DNA from: Amoebidium appalachense
Lineage: Eukaryota; Protista; Ichthyosporea
Direction of reading: 5' to 3'
NCBI GenBank assembly: GCA_963693365.1
Contig: CAVNZM010000011.1
Coordinates: 6,839,921 to 6,903,920 of the forward strand
DNA: 64,000 bases
In this document: piece after piece, positions 1-32,654 of the stretch
Layout of the letters: every line of letters begins with the position of its first letter
How positions within the stretch are numbered: position 1 is the stretch's first letter
The notes under the pieces: generated by a model
The model's database searches: none
What the model was told of the DNA's origin: nothing
What the model saw: the letters and a program-made list of their open reading frames with translations, nothing else
Made by a program: the position numbers and the translations under genes

Positions 1-247
1 CACAGCTCACCTACTTGTCGTGTGTGTGTGTGTGATCTGGTTTGCATGTCTCGGTTACGTTGTGTGTCGTTATCTGATTAGTTAACATTAACAAAGGGGT
101 GTATTTCGTATGTTTCAGTATCAAGATGTACAAATCGATACATTTTTATGGGAAACATGTTGTGTTTTTCCGGATTGGCCGGAGGGAGCGGTCAACAAAG
201 TGCAATGATCCTATAAACAGCATACTGTTCCCCCCCTTTACACATAC

Positions 248-671
248 TGCATCCATATGCATGGCCGGCCCCGGTGACTTTAAAGAGCTGTCAGGGTGCA
301 GTGATGACGTCATACACAACAGGTGTTTGATTAAAACTTCCCATCTCCCCATTCCTCCGGCCCTCCTCAGTAATATGCCTCAAACCCCCCTCCCCCCCCC
401 CCCTTCCCTCCCCTTCCGCCTACCTCCCTCCCTCCCTCCATCCTGGGGCCCAGGGTGCCTTTTTTTTTTTTTTAACAGGTAGGAAGGTATGCGTGAATTT
501 GGGGGGATGGGTGGGTGGGTGGGTGGGTGGGTGGGTGGGGGGGGGGGGGATTTGACTCGATCATCGACGAAAACAATTTTAGGGACACAGCCAAGGGGGG
601 AAAAAAAGGGGAAAAAAGAAAAATGAATTGGATAATAACCAACAGGCACACTTCACGCTCACAACCCTCAG

Positions 672-706
<35 letters not shown>

Positions 707-900
707 CCCTGGCGGAACCCCCGTCCGAACTGGTATCATCCAAACCAACACCCTCCATAGAGCTGCTCTTTGTGAGTTCCAACGTCATCGACTTTGCAAG
801 TTCACTACATATGCTTCTCTTACTCCCACTGTGAAGCACCGGAACACTACCGCCCCCGCCTGCGCTGTTTTCCCCTCCGCCCACAGAAATGCTCCTCCGG
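248..900 (-). CDS. possible exons of a minus-strand gene running off the left edge of the window
   Basis: Candidate exon 287-248 (cag|...GGATGCA|gtatgt) and a non-repetitive Ser/Gly-rich frame (ORF 579-884) ending at a gtgagc donor near 662. No recognisable domain, and a poly-G run makes the frame uncertain. Confidence 0.25.
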
Positions 901-1094
901 AAAATTTAGAGGCTCGTGTTGCTCCCATCACCACACCCCTCGCATCATGTTGCTTGCGGACTCAGTTTCATCCGGGAGTCCCTGTGGTGATGTTCTGATT
1001 GTACGTAACGCTCTTTCGTATATTCAATTTTTGGGGGATACGTGTGGGATACGTGGGTGGGTGGGTTGGTGGCCGTATGTGTGCGTGTGTGTGC

Positions 1095-1157
<63 letters not shown>

Positions 1158-1435
1158 TGTGTGCACGATGTGTGCCACGATGTGTTTGATAAAGAGGGGG
1201 CGGGGGGAGGGGGGGGGGGGGGGGGGGGGGGAGCTCGCACATGCGCGCAAGCAAGCGCACTGAGTTTTGAATCAGGTATTTGCCTTTTCCCATATTTCTG
1301 GCCCTGCCTGTTAACATTCAGTTGCAGCAGCGTGTGCAGCATGGTTTTTAAAATGGAAATCTAAAGTGAAATTTGAGCAACGCTTTTTGTGGGGGAATGT
1401 GATTGGGTGGAAGGAGGGATGGGGGGAGGGAGGGA

Positions 1436-1472
<37 letters not shown>

Positions 1473-1644
1473 GGGGGGTAGTGCTGATTACACGCGCACA
1501 CACATGCACACAAACACGCACCTATGCGTGCACGGGCATATATACACACACAACGTAGCACACAAACACATCCACACGCACACACACAAGCTTGGTGCAT
1601 GCAAAGACACACACACACGCGCGCGCGCGTACACACACACACGT

Positions 1645-1680
<36 letters not shown>

Positions 1681-2313
1681 CACACACACACACACACACG
1701 CGTCCACCACCCCTCTCCTCCACCCTCCTTCCCCCTTTCCCCCAAAAAACACAAATGCACACCGTGGACACACACACACACACAGACACACAGACATTAG
1801 CACACACACACACACGTACACGCACGCACACGCACGCACACACACACACACACACGCACGTACACGCATGCACAAACACACACACACACATGTAAAAAAA
1901 CACACACACAAGCGCGCACTGAAGCACACTCACCCGCACACGCACCAACACACACACGCACACACACACACACACACACCATTACAAAAGCTGGTTGCAC
2001 CATGACAAGGTAGTATTATCTAACTTTTCTTTTTTTAAAAAGCCAGGGTTGTGGAGCTCGGGCGTTTTTAGCCGAATTAGGGCAAAATCCGGGGAATGTG
2101 AACCACCTTCACGGTCGTTTTCACTAATCGATTGCCCCTTTAGGGGCTCTTGCCGAATCGTAAATATAAGGATTTGGAAATGTGATTCAACCCCTGAAAA
2201 CAGCACAATTTCATTGGCGAGTTTTATCCAACGGGTTGTTTTATCAGACTGAGTTGTGCTCACACAAAACAAAACGAAACATACAAAACCCCAAAAAACG
2301 GCAAAGGAGGAAA

Positions 2314-2745
2314 ATGAAGACCCGAACTCTCCTTTCAATTCTATGTGCTCTCAGGGCACTCCTCCTGGGAGTTGCCTTCGCCGCTCCACCGGCCCCACAC
2401 GACATCTTTATACCGGATCATCTCTTGAAGAGCGGCCACGTCACCGAATACGAAGCCAAAAACGACAACTGGGAAGAGAGGAACATGGAATCCAAGGATT
2501 GGGACATTGAAGAGAAGGAGAATGCCATGAACAACGGATATGAGGAGGAGGAAGAGGAACTAAGCGTGACGGAAAAACTGCAAGAGTGCTATGAATTCTG
2601 CAAGATTAAGAAGTATAGGAATTGTGCGAGCCAGTGTAGTGGCGGCAGAGATTCTCTGTGCATGAGCTGGTGTAGGCGTGATCAACCCGACCCGAAAATC
2701 TGCACGGATGCGTGCAACTCGAAATACGTGCCAATGTTCGTGTGA
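2314..2745 (+). CDS. secreted Cys-rich peptide precursor (signal peptide, acidic pro-region, four CX3C motifs), 143 aa, intronless
   Basis: ATG 2314, hydrophobic leader MKTRTLLSILCALRALLLGVAFA, Glu/Asp-rich middle, C-terminus CYEFC-x7-CASQC-x7-CMSWC-x9-CTDAC, TGA 2743-2745. Non-repetitive island between microsatellites. Confidence 0.8.
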   Translation: MKTRTLLSILCALRALLLGVAFAAPPAPHDIFIPDHLLKSGHVTEYEAKNDNWEERNMESKDWDIEEKENAMNNGYEEEEEELSVTEKLQECYEFCKIKKYRNCASQCSGGRDSLCMSWCRRDQPDPKICTDACNSKYVPMFV

Positions 2746-3351
2746 TATACCTGACATGCACGTGGTATCGGCTTCAAGTAACACATACAAATACATGCAC
2801 ATTAGTACATACTCCTAGCTCTCAAGGAAGACCATACCGTTGCTGCAGCAACAACGTTAGGAGGCTTCCGATACTCAAGTGCAGGCCACACGTGTACAGT
2901 GTCACCCAATTTTTCATGAGGTCCTTAGCGCAAGACTGAGAACCCGTGTGTAAAACACACCTTAGCAACCTGCAAAACAAATGATAGCCTTAGTGCCAAC
3001 TACCACGTGGATTCAAGGCTGTCGACGAACACTGAGTCTCTTTGCTCATACAGGACATTCGAATACATAAATTGTCGACGAAATTAAAATTAAACCTAAA
3101 ATTAAATGTCTACCGGTGTGACTGGCGACCAATGCCAATACCAGATGGTGTGTTTGCAAACTGTAACGCACACCTACCTCGGAGGGAAAAGTTGGGGGGG
3201 GGGGGGGGGGGGGGGGGGGGGAGGGGGGGGGAGAGAGAGAGAGAGAGGGAGAGAGAGGGAGAGACTGAGAGAGAGAGAGGGAGTTCTACGTGCACCTCAC
3301 CGAACTTTCCTCCTTTTTTGTCGTGAGTCTTTGCCGTGTCTTTTTGTGTGC

Positions 3352-3397
<46 letters not shown>

Positions 3398-3419
3398 CGT
3401 GCGCGCGTGGTGTGTACAC

Positions 3420-3490
<71 letters not shown>

Positions 3491-3658
3491 ACACACACGC
3501 GCGCGCATGTGTGTGTAGTATGTTTACACGTTTGTGTGTATGTGTGTGTTTGTCACGGCGTGTGTGTGTGTGGCGTGCGCGCGCGCGAGCCCGTTGTTGT
3601 GTGTGTGTGTGTTTATTGTGTGTGTGTGTGTGTGTGTGTGCGTGTGTGTGTGTGCCAC

Positions 3659-3695
<37 letters not shown>

Positions 3696-4227
3696 ATCAC
3701 ACGGTGTGTGTGTGTGCTTGTGTGTGTGTGGGTTCCGTGAATTTATGGAACTTGCGCCCGTTCATACACCGTAGCAATCGATCTAATTTGCCAAAAATAT
3801 TTTGCAAAGGGTAAAGGGTGTTTGGGTTAGAAACAAGACCTCCTAGAGGCTACCACCGGAAAATAAGATAATGAGGGGGGGGAGGCAGGCAGGGAAAGAG
3901 AGAGACTGCATGGGGGAGGTGGGGAGGGGGGTTGGGTGAGCGAATACTATTGATGGGCCAGCCGAAATGCCATAATACAGTGTGTACACACGAAGCTCTG
4001 TCAACTCATGTTCCAAACTCCAAAGTTTTTTTTCTTTCTTGCGCGATCGTAATGGTGTCGCACATACCGATGGTGGTCACCAGGATGGTGTTGGGCCATG
4101 GGGCCGGGGGCTCCCATACATGTGCGTGCGCGCTCATGGATGTGTGCGCCCGTGTGCTTTGCGTGTGTGCGTGTGTGTGCGTGCGCGTGCGTGTGTGCGT
4201 GTGCGCACACGTGCATGTGTGTCACGG

Positions 4228-4265
<38 letters not shown>

Positions 4266-4288
4266 TGTGGTTGCATACGTGGGTGCGT

Positions 4289-4392
<104 letters not shown>

Positions 4393-4853
4393 GCTTGCGT
4401 GTGTGTGCTTGCGTGCGTGTGTGTGCGTTGCGGAACAGGCTGGGGCTGCAAGGGTAATGGGCGTGGCGTCCAAAAGACGTGTGGTGGCCGAACACTGTAT
4501 CACAGTGTGCACTATGCTTTATTAAATTAGATGTTCAATGTAAAAGTAAAAGCGCAAGGCGCAAGTCTGGGCTTGTGTTGTGTGGAGGTGTGCACGCCTG
4601 CGAAGACACCGTCCAGACAGACACGTACACAATCCACCCATTATCCGGCCACCACCAGCACACTTCACTCGGCGCGTACGATTGTACGTGTGGGAGCCTG
4701 CGAGTATCCCTAGGGATGTACCGACTCGACTAAAAAATCGTCAGTCGTAGTCGCCGAAGTGACAAAGTCGTGCAGTCGTAGTCGAGTTGCCGAGGCCGAC
4801 AGCTACGACTATGGCCTCCTGCTTTGGCCATGGGGGTTGGGGGTTGGCGGGTA

Positions 4854-4891
<38 letters not shown>

Positions 4892-4998
4892 TCGAGGGGG
4901 CTGGGGCCGGGAGGGTTGAGGGGGGATGGGGGGGGGGGGGGGGGGGAAGAGGGGGGGGGGGGGTTGGTTTTTTTTTTTTTTGATCTTATCACACACAA

Positions 4999-5090
4999 TG
5001 GGCGCGAAAATTGGGAAGGGAATACCAGCCCCACGTACTGCGCAGAAAGACTCTGAGAAAGCATGGTTTCCTGGCACGCCTCAGCACAAA
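4999..5090 (+). pseudogene. isolated exon of mitochondrial ribosomal protein bL34m (MRPL34-like)
   Basis: WARKLGREYQPHVLRRKTLRKHGFLARLST matches the bL34 motif YQPxxxKRKRxHGFxxR and is followed by a gtatgt donor at 5091. No AG acceptor upstream (acacacaatgg), an apparent 2-aa insertion (TL), and no downstream GRxIL..RR..KGR exon found. Confidence 0.6.
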
Positions 5091-5131
5091 GTATGTGTGG
5101 ATTAAAATAATACATTCATCCGTCTCTCTCT

Positions 5132-5195
<64 letters not shown>

Positions 5196-5221
5196 CCCTC
5201 TCCCTCTCCCTCTCTCTCTCC

Positions 5222-5346
<125 letters not shown>

Positions 5347-5733
5347 CTCTCTCTCTCTCTCTCTCTCTCTCACTCATATTACTAACATACAAAACTAGTG
5401 TTTTGTTTTTTGTGTGTGTTTTTTTTTTTTTTTTTTTTTTTTTTCCCTTTTTAAATGGTTGCACCAATGTAAGTTGCATTGGCCATGGAAATTGGCTTTC
5501 AGGACACATCTTCATAGAAAAAGTAGTAATTATTAATAGTGTCACTATTCGAATATGTGCCATGCCGCGTGCACAGAGCAATTGTGTGTGATAGAAATAT
5601 TCGAATTCCCTTTCGCTGCGGCAGCAACGGTTACTAATTTAAAGTAGAAAGCTTTGAATCAAATGTGACATTGCTCTGTGTACATGACAATATTGATATA
5701 TCATGCTCAAGCCACATTATTGGCAGTCTAACC

Positions 5734-5768
<35 letters not shown>

Positions 5769-6419
5769 CCGGTTGGACCGAGCGCGGCCGCCACAGTGAA
5801 GGCATAATTTGAAAGTCGTAGTCGTAGTCGTAGTCAAGTCGCCGGCCCAACCCCGACTCCAGTTCACCAGGAATCGCCAGATTTCTGGTATTTATACCGT
5901 CAGAGTGCATATGAAAGTTGCGTCATCGCCATGACGTCATCCCTGCCAGCTGCTGTACGCACAAACAAGGTACAACGCGAATGCCAGGAATTTTTTGCCA
6001 TATCCACCTAATACCCATGAATTTTTTTTTTCTTTTGACTGGATTTATTCGACGGAAAGATATGCAAGTATGCACGGCATACTGAGAAGACAATAAAAAC
6101 TTCACGAGTTATCCAGGAGCAAGTGCATACTGAGATACCTGAACACTATGTAAAATCATATAAATACTCAATGTGACGACCAACAGAATTCAACAAAATG
6201 TCTAAAGTGGTCACATTGCCAGCCAGTGTAGCAGACACCCGTAGGGAAAGGGTAAAACGCGACATAAAAACTCACACGAAAGCATGTTCGAATTTGACTG
6301 GGTTACAACCGAAAATGTTGCCTAAGCAGGAAGTGTACTGTTTCGGAAATTTTGCATATTGTTGCTCTTGGAGTTGTGACAAAAATGAATTATATTGAAA
6401 ATGTTTTGACCCAGGAATG

Positions 6420-7290
6420 TTAATAATCGTTCGCGTCTGCGAAGTTTGGGTAATCCTTCCAGCGGATGAGGTAGTGTGATTCGGGTACCGTTTTACGATT
6501 GCCCATAGCCCGAGGGGTGACGATTTTCATGTCGAGAATTGCGGCGACTTCGCGCTCATCGTCGTGGATGGTGTTCCAGCCATGGTCTTGACCAGTGACT
6601 GGTAAATGGGAAGTTTCCGGGGTTGGACCCCGTATAGTCTTCTCCACTTGTATGTCGATGTCATCAACGCGTTACATGCGTTTGTCGGTGACGTTTTGCG
6701 TGTTGCGTACTTCGCAGGTGTACGGGCTGAGCTGCTTGGTAATCTCGAAACCATGCAGCCAACGGGACCCAGTCTAACACGGGTGTGGTTTTGGATAACC
6801 ACGGCTTGCCCCTTGAAGAAACGCCGAAGCTTGGCGGTTTGCGGCGCACGTTGTGGGTCACCGGGTTTGGGTTGTTGTTGGTTGATAAGTGCAAATTCAC
6901 GGGCATGATGAAGTTGTCGGATTGTTTGGCTGCGCAAGGCAAGCCAGTCCTTGGTGGTAATTCGGGATCACCAGGAGGAAGCAGTGCCACGTTGGGCAGT
7001 GTAGTAGGGTGCATGCCAGTGACGAGGAAATTGTGTGACAACAATTGTTGGGGATCTCAGCCAACCGTTACTCACTATCCCGAGCCTGATCTGGACAGCT
7101 AAATTGCTAGTCCAATCACGGAGCCCGTCTACCTCAATCTCTTGACGTACATTCGATGCACAATATAATGACGTGCGCAGTCGTGTGCCGGCGGGTGACA
7201 CACGTGATACCGCCGCACGCAGATCATTGAACTGCGCGTGCCAAAACTCATGATACGGGTGCGTCCGCCGTATGGACGCGAGTGTCACAT
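6420..7290 (-). mobile_element. decayed retroviral-type integrase with C-terminal chromodomain (Ty3/Gypsy chromovirus-like remnant)
   Basis: Across frameshifts: RRTHPYH...DWTSNL (integrase core end), TGMHP, F.KGQAV...RWLHGFEITKQLSPYTCEV (GPY/F-like region), then EVAAILD...HYLIRWKDYP (chromodomain). In-frame stops and frameshifts are present. Confidence 0.75.
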
Positions 7291-7453
7291 GTCAAGAGTG
7301 ACACTTGGTGATCTGTACATGATAATCACACGTGTTTACATAATACAGCATGATCATGCACTTGCGGACACATGTCCTGGTGCTATGATCGTTTATTTTG
7401 GAGCAGTTCCATAACAGGCGCGCGACTTGGCGTGCGCACATGTGAGTGTGTGC

Positions 7454-7576
<123 letters not shown>

Positions 7577-8631
7577 TGGCCCGTATGCGGCCGCGGGCCC
7601 GAGAAATGACAATAGTATCTAATATGTGGATCTATGATCTAAATTTTGATTGGGCTTTACGGCATCACCCAAATATGGTAGGTGATTGATATTTCCGATT
7701 AATAATACAGCGCGTATTTCGAGGAAACACTGTGGAAGTAAAAAACCTCTCTAAAAAGATTAGTAAATAAAATATATAACAATTTTCACATTATTTAAAC
7801 CATAATAATATTGTTTAACTCTGTCTATAGTCTAACACTAGCCCACACCAGGAGAGCTAACGTCAACAGAAGATACTTTACATGAATCCCAAAATTCGAT
7901 ACTGTAAGTGTGGACCTTCCTCGATACTGTAAAGGCTAGCATGGTTCAACGTGCTGTGTTATCGCCTTCCCCGTTTCACTTTTCGTTTCTGATGCTGATG
8001 TCTTCAGCATAATCCATGCTATGTTCTATTGAAAATATTAATTACGTTTTCTCATTTAATGCACCACTTTTCCTTACCTGTCTACTAGTTTCCGTTTTCA
8101 ACGTTTTTCTTTTTCTCTGTATGTTTTCCTCTGGATAGGGAGTGAGAGCAGCTTCGTTGATTGACTGACGATCTCTGACGCCCTCCCAAGGAGTGATTGT
8201 GGAAAGGCGTGACAGAAGGGTGGTGCATATACCTTCATGTGAAGCCAAACAGAACAGAAAATGCATGTCGGTTAACACTAAACTTGAAAGCAATCTTTTG
8301 AATGGTTTTTGCGAGAGCACAAGGCTTGAGGAGCAACCCGTTCCGCTGATTAAATTAAATGGTCTGCCCCGAACTTTTCTTTGAAACCTTAAAGAAGAAG
8401 GCTGGGAAAGACTTGCTTTCTGAGTCAGATTATGAACATCACTCTAGTCGGTTTTAGAAACTTCATAGTTTATCTTGGCAGATCTTAGCATCTTCACAAG
8501 CACTTGAACATTCCAGAGGGACAGAAAACAACAAAACGTCGAGTCTCATGTCCAAGTCATCATCATCATCTTAGACGCTTTCGCGGGGTAGTCCACACAT
8601 AAATCTGGTGCTCAAAGAAAACAAAGCGAAA

Positions 8632-28049
<19,418 letters not shown>

Positions 28050-28315
28050 TTTTGTTTGAAGGAAAACATGACATGATATTTGTACTTTAGGCTCCATTTG
28101 TTCGGGTTTTAGGTGTTGTTTTGTTCTTTTTTGTTCGTTGTTTTGTATATTCAGTGACATGGGTTTTTTTTGTGTTTGTTTTGTTCCTGTGGTTTCGTTA
28201 TTTAGTATATTGCAATGACATGATGGAACATTATACCTGTGACACATGAACACACACGAGTAGTACACAACCGTCATCGCCCACACACACACATACACAT
28301 ATACGCTTGCGCGCG

Positions 28316-28380
<65 letters not shown>

Positions 28381-28990
28381 ACACACACACGTTTGCACGC
28401 ACACTTGGACACTCTTGTTTTTCGTGTTTTGCTCGTGAAAGTAGACACTTGTTTCACGCTTCCAAAGAAGGACATCCAGATGTATGTACCACTAGCATTT
28501 CACCTTTAAATCTTATCTGTTTGAGATTCTAGCACTGAAATTTAATGCCCCGGCTGAATCAGCCCTGTGCCAAGAGAAGTTGCGCACAGAAGCCTAGCTG
28601 GAAAAAATAACACACAACACCTATATATATTGTTTCGACTCTGTTGTGAAAGTATTTTGGTGTTGCACACGCACACACTCACTCACCCGCACAGGAAATC
28701 CCCACCTAGCGTAGTAACCTGAGTCACACACACAATCACACCATATCATAAAACCAGATTCCGCAATCTATAGTATGTAACTTGTATTAATTAACTGTTT
28801 ACAAGCACTAGTGTAGTAGTTTTGACGAGTTTTTTTTTTATTTTTTTGAGTATCGTAGCATTTCAGTATTGAAAGTATTGCAGCCCTGCTATGTTATAGT
28901 CTGGACCCAGGAAGGGAAGATTAAAGACAGACGGTGCATTCATTATGACCACAGTGGGACACAGACACATGTAATAACTAACATACATAG

Positions 28991-29064
<74 letters not shown>

Positions 29065-29427
29065 ACACCATCATACAAATACATGTTCTTACGCTCACGT
29101 TTTATGGCGGCAATTCGTGCCACCATGGCATGCGCAGGCATGGTACTGGCGCACAGTTTGGTGCCGGTATCCAGGACACGATGATTTGCACAATCAAAAT
29201 ATTCACTTTATGACTTTATTATGCCTGAGCTCGAGACGGAGCCAGCCTGTATTATCCACGGCCGTTCACCATGAAAGCATATTCATGATCCTTATATATG
29301 TACTTATGTATATACATTCATCTCATGATCATTATAAATCCGAGACACATTAACTTGAACTGAGCCCACTTTCAGCAACCGCCCTAGCTAGCAAAAAATC
29401 TAGTCTACCTTAAAGTTTTGCAGACTA

Positions 29428-30342
29428 CTACTGCCCCTTCTTCTGACCCTGGCTGGGCCGGCTACGCCCACCACCCACACTGTTAGTATTACCGCCCTTT
29501 CCCATACCACCAATCACAGTGGAGTTCTTTGGGGGCATGCCACCACCCAGAGCAAAGTTGCCGCCCTTGGGGCTGTGAGGGGGCTGGGGGCAGCCTGCAG
29601 CGGCCAGGGTTGCATTGTTGTTTGTGAGACACGTGGCACAGGCCGTGCGCCTGCTGCCGCACTGTGTGCACTCGCTGCTGGTGCGGTTCGAGTTGCAGGC
29701 AGCGCGGCATGCATCGGTGAGGGCACAGTCGGGGCAGGTGGTGTTGATGATTTTTGCGCAAGCAAGGGCCTTGCAGCCCGCAGCAATGAGGACGTCTGTG
29801 TTCTGGTCGATGCAGGCACGGCACTTGCTGCGGCAGGCGCTGCATTCCGTGCTGTTGTGGTTTGCCTCACACAGAGCACCGCAGCTGTCGTTTGTGCCGG
29901 GGCGGGGGCAGTCCGGACACGTGGCTGCCATGGCCGCAGGGCACTTGAGGTGGTCGCAGCCGGCGGCAATCAGCGCGGTGCTGTTTGTCTGCATGCACTC
30001 GAAACACGTGTTCACCTGCGTGCTAGCGCTGTTGCCCGGTGCTGGCCCGCGGTCCACGCGGCGCGCACCGTCCCCAGAGCTGGGCGGCTGCATTTGAGCA
30101 CCGGTGGGGGGTGCGGGGCACGCGCTGCACGTGATGTTGATGGCGGCCAGACACTGGCTGCTGATGTTGAGGGGCATGGGCCCACCAAAACCCATGTCGG
30201 GCCCACCAATCATCCCAGGTGGCCCTCCGGCGCCCGGTTTCCCCCCTTGGGCCCCTGCACCCTGACGGCCGCCCTGCATCACCATGGGAGCGGCTGCCGT
30301 GCACCACATGAGGGTGGCGAAGAGAGCGATGGTTGAAAACAT
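29428..30342 (-). CDS. secreted Cys-rich tri-repeat glycoprotein, paralogue A, 304 aa, intronless
   Basis: Signal-like leader MFSTIALFATLMWCTAAAP, Gly/Met-rich linker, three units ending L(I/A)AAGC, 26 mature Cys, many N-x-S/T sequons, GC-rich coding composition. Highly similar to 35588-36526. Confidence 0.88.
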   Translation of the reverse strand: MFSTIALFATLMWCTAAAPMVMQGGRQGAGAQGGKPGAGGPPGMIGGPDMGFGGPMPLNISSQCLAAINITCSACPAPPTGAQMQPPSSGDGARRVDRGPAPGNSASTQVNTCFECMQTNSTALIAAGCDHLKCPAAMAATCPDCPRPGTNDSCGALCEANHNSTECSACRSKCRACIDQNTDVLIAAGCKALACAKIINTTCPDCALTDACRAACNSNRTSSECTQCGSRRTACATCLTNNNATLAAAGCPQPPHSPKGGNFALGGGMPPKNSTVIGGMGKGGNTNSVGGGRSRPSQGQKKGQ

Positions 30343-30440
30343 CTATATGTTGCTGTTTTGTGTTGCTTGGTTTGAGAACGGGTGTTGTTTTGCATCACTG
30401 AGCTGAGCGACTTGTGGCTGACAGGAATGAATCACGTCCA

Positions 30441-30477
30441 TTTATATACCTGCGGGAAGACTGTGCATTAGCCAATC
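30441..30477 (-). promoter_or_regulatory. CCAAT box plus TATA box promoter of paralogue A
   Basis: Minus strand GATTGG-23 nt-TATATAAA, about 100 nt upstream of the ATG. Same arrangement in paralogues B and C. Confidence 0.7.
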
Positions 30478-31019
30478 AGAATTCAGGAATGGTTCCGAAG
30501 AGCCCGAGGAGAACCTACATATTTTTCGCTCAATGCAATTAATGCATCAATTATGTACAATTATACTGAAGTCGTGGTTTGATTGGTTGAATATAATATC
30601 CGGGATCACAAAATAATGCCAAGGTGCGTGCTTGGGGTCTACCCCTGCGGCTCCGCGCGCCGGCCGCAGCAACGCGGGATGCTTGTTTATGTGTTGAGCA
30701 TACAGTGCAGACTTCTCCTATTTCTCTTTTATTCTATTTGTTTTTCTTTTTTTGTTCTGTGCGTGAGTGCGTGTATTGAGTGACAACAGTAATTATATAA
30801 TGGGTAGAGAGCGCACGCCGTAACTGCGCTTGAGGCGGCGGGCAGGTGGGCAGCCGACGACTCGCTCGCGGGCGGCGGCGATTGCGGAGTGTGAGGGCCT
30901 GTTGGAGGCCTATCAGAGCCCTGCTCTGCAGGAAGCCCTCCGTGGGCAGCGGTGCAGTGGCAAGCCGATGCCCAGGCGGCCCTTGGGGCCGTGCGGAAAA
31001 AGGGCAGCGGCAGCCCCTT

Positions 31020-31060
31020 AGCAATGGTTGAAAGCATCTTCATGTTGCTGTTTGTGTTGT
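31020..31060 (-). pseudogene. 5' fragment (5'UTR plus MKMLSTIA) of the Cys-rich family fused to unrelated sequence
   Basis: caacacaaacagcaacATGAAGATGCTTTCAACCATTGCT is near-identical to the start of paralogue B. Homology stops after 8 codons. Confidence 0.75.
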
Positions 31061-31559
31061 GACAGGGATCCTGAGTGTGACTTCGTTTTATAGCTGATGA
31101 TCTGATGAATGTGTGGAATCCTGTGAGGAATTACAGAATGCGTAGGAGTAGTATGTGATTGGACAAAGCTCCAGAAAAGAATTTAGTCCTGGGGTCCTAC
31201 CGAGGGTCGGATATCATTCAACAATTCAACAGGCGATCTTCCACAACTTAGTCTGTGAGACCGCTGTTCCATTTATTGGGGATTTAGTTACCATAATTAC
31301 CATAAACAAAAGTACAAAATAGACTATTAATATTAATGCTAACTATCATAAGAAGGAAAAAAATTAGTCGAGACTCAGACCTTGTGAAGTTGTGAGTGTA
31401 ACAGTGAGTCAGTCTGAGATTGATCCCCCACGACTTCACATTCCTTCTTAGATCTGTCGCAGTTCAGATACCCTATTGGCCCGGATTTTGTGTTTCTAAA
31501 TGTTTACCCAGGAAATCGGCATGCAGACAACTTGTGACAGCGCCGTGTAGCGCTGATTG

Positions 31560-31995
31560 CCGCCCAAATGCAGCCGCCCTCTGGGGACGGTGCGCGCCGG
31601 CCCGCCGGGCCAGCACCGGGCAACAGCGCTAGCACGCAGGTGGACACGTGTTTCGAGTGCATGCTGATTGCCAGACAAACAGCGCCGCGCTAATTGCCGC
31701 CGGCTGCGACCACCTCAAGTGCCCTGCGGCCATGGCAGCCACGTGTCCGGACTGCCCCCGTCCCGGTGCAAACGACAGCTGCGGTGCTCTGGGTGAGGCA
31801 AACCGCAACAGCACGGAATGCAACGCCTGCCGCAGCAAGTGCCGTGCCTGCATCGACCAGAACACAGACGCCCTCGTGGCCACCGGCTGCATAAACCTTG
31901 ACCGAGCAAAAGCCCTTAAAATTCTGGTCACGCCTCGCTCCTTGTGATGCAGACAGCAGCGAGTGCACACGGTGCGGCGTCCAGACGCACGACCT
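31560..31995 (+). pseudogene. internal fragment of the Cys-rich family (frameshifted, no signal peptide)
   Basis: QMQPPSGDGAR...STQVDTCFEC, then after an insertion QTNSAALIAAGCDHLKCPAAMAATCPDCPRPGANDSC...CIDQNTDALVATGC, then a residual agcagcgagtgcacac segment. Confidence 0.88.
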
Positions 31996-32295
31996 AGGCC
32001 CGTGCTGCCTGTATAACTTGTTTCAAAAATACTGAATTCAATACGGGTGAACGATGCCTGTTTCTAGCCGTCCCGTCCAACTGCTGGAAACTTGAACAAC
32101 TTGTGGAAATGAGTGGAATTGGGGGAAGTGACTAACATCATTGGCATGTGCGGTCTTTGCAGGGCCCGAGCGAAATGCTAGCTAGAGATGTGTCAGATAC
32201 AATTGTGTTGGTGGACGTGGCTGGCCAATGTAAGGCTACAAGGAAAGCCCGTAGAGTAACTTTTGTCATAAGCTGGATTTGTTGTGTGTGTGTGT

Positions 32296-32428
<133 letters not shown>

Positions 32429-32511
32429 ACGCGGGCGCATGCTGCGCGCATGTGCGCGCGCGCGCGCGTGTGTGTGTGCACGCGTGCGTGCGTGCGTGCG
32501 TGCGTGCGTCC

Positions 32512-32542
<31 letters not shown>

Positions 32543-32654
32543 CGTGTGTGTTTGTGTGTGTGTGCGTGGCTATATGTGTGTGTGCGTGCCGCATGTATGT
32601 GCATGTGTGTGGCAAATGAGGGCTAAACCACATCGGCAGAGTTTAACTTGCAAA

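Noticed and set aside
8040-8520. Coding-like minus-strand stretch upstream of the NHE gene
   Set aside because: Interrupted by stops with no recognisable motif. It may be a TE relic, but this is unsupported.
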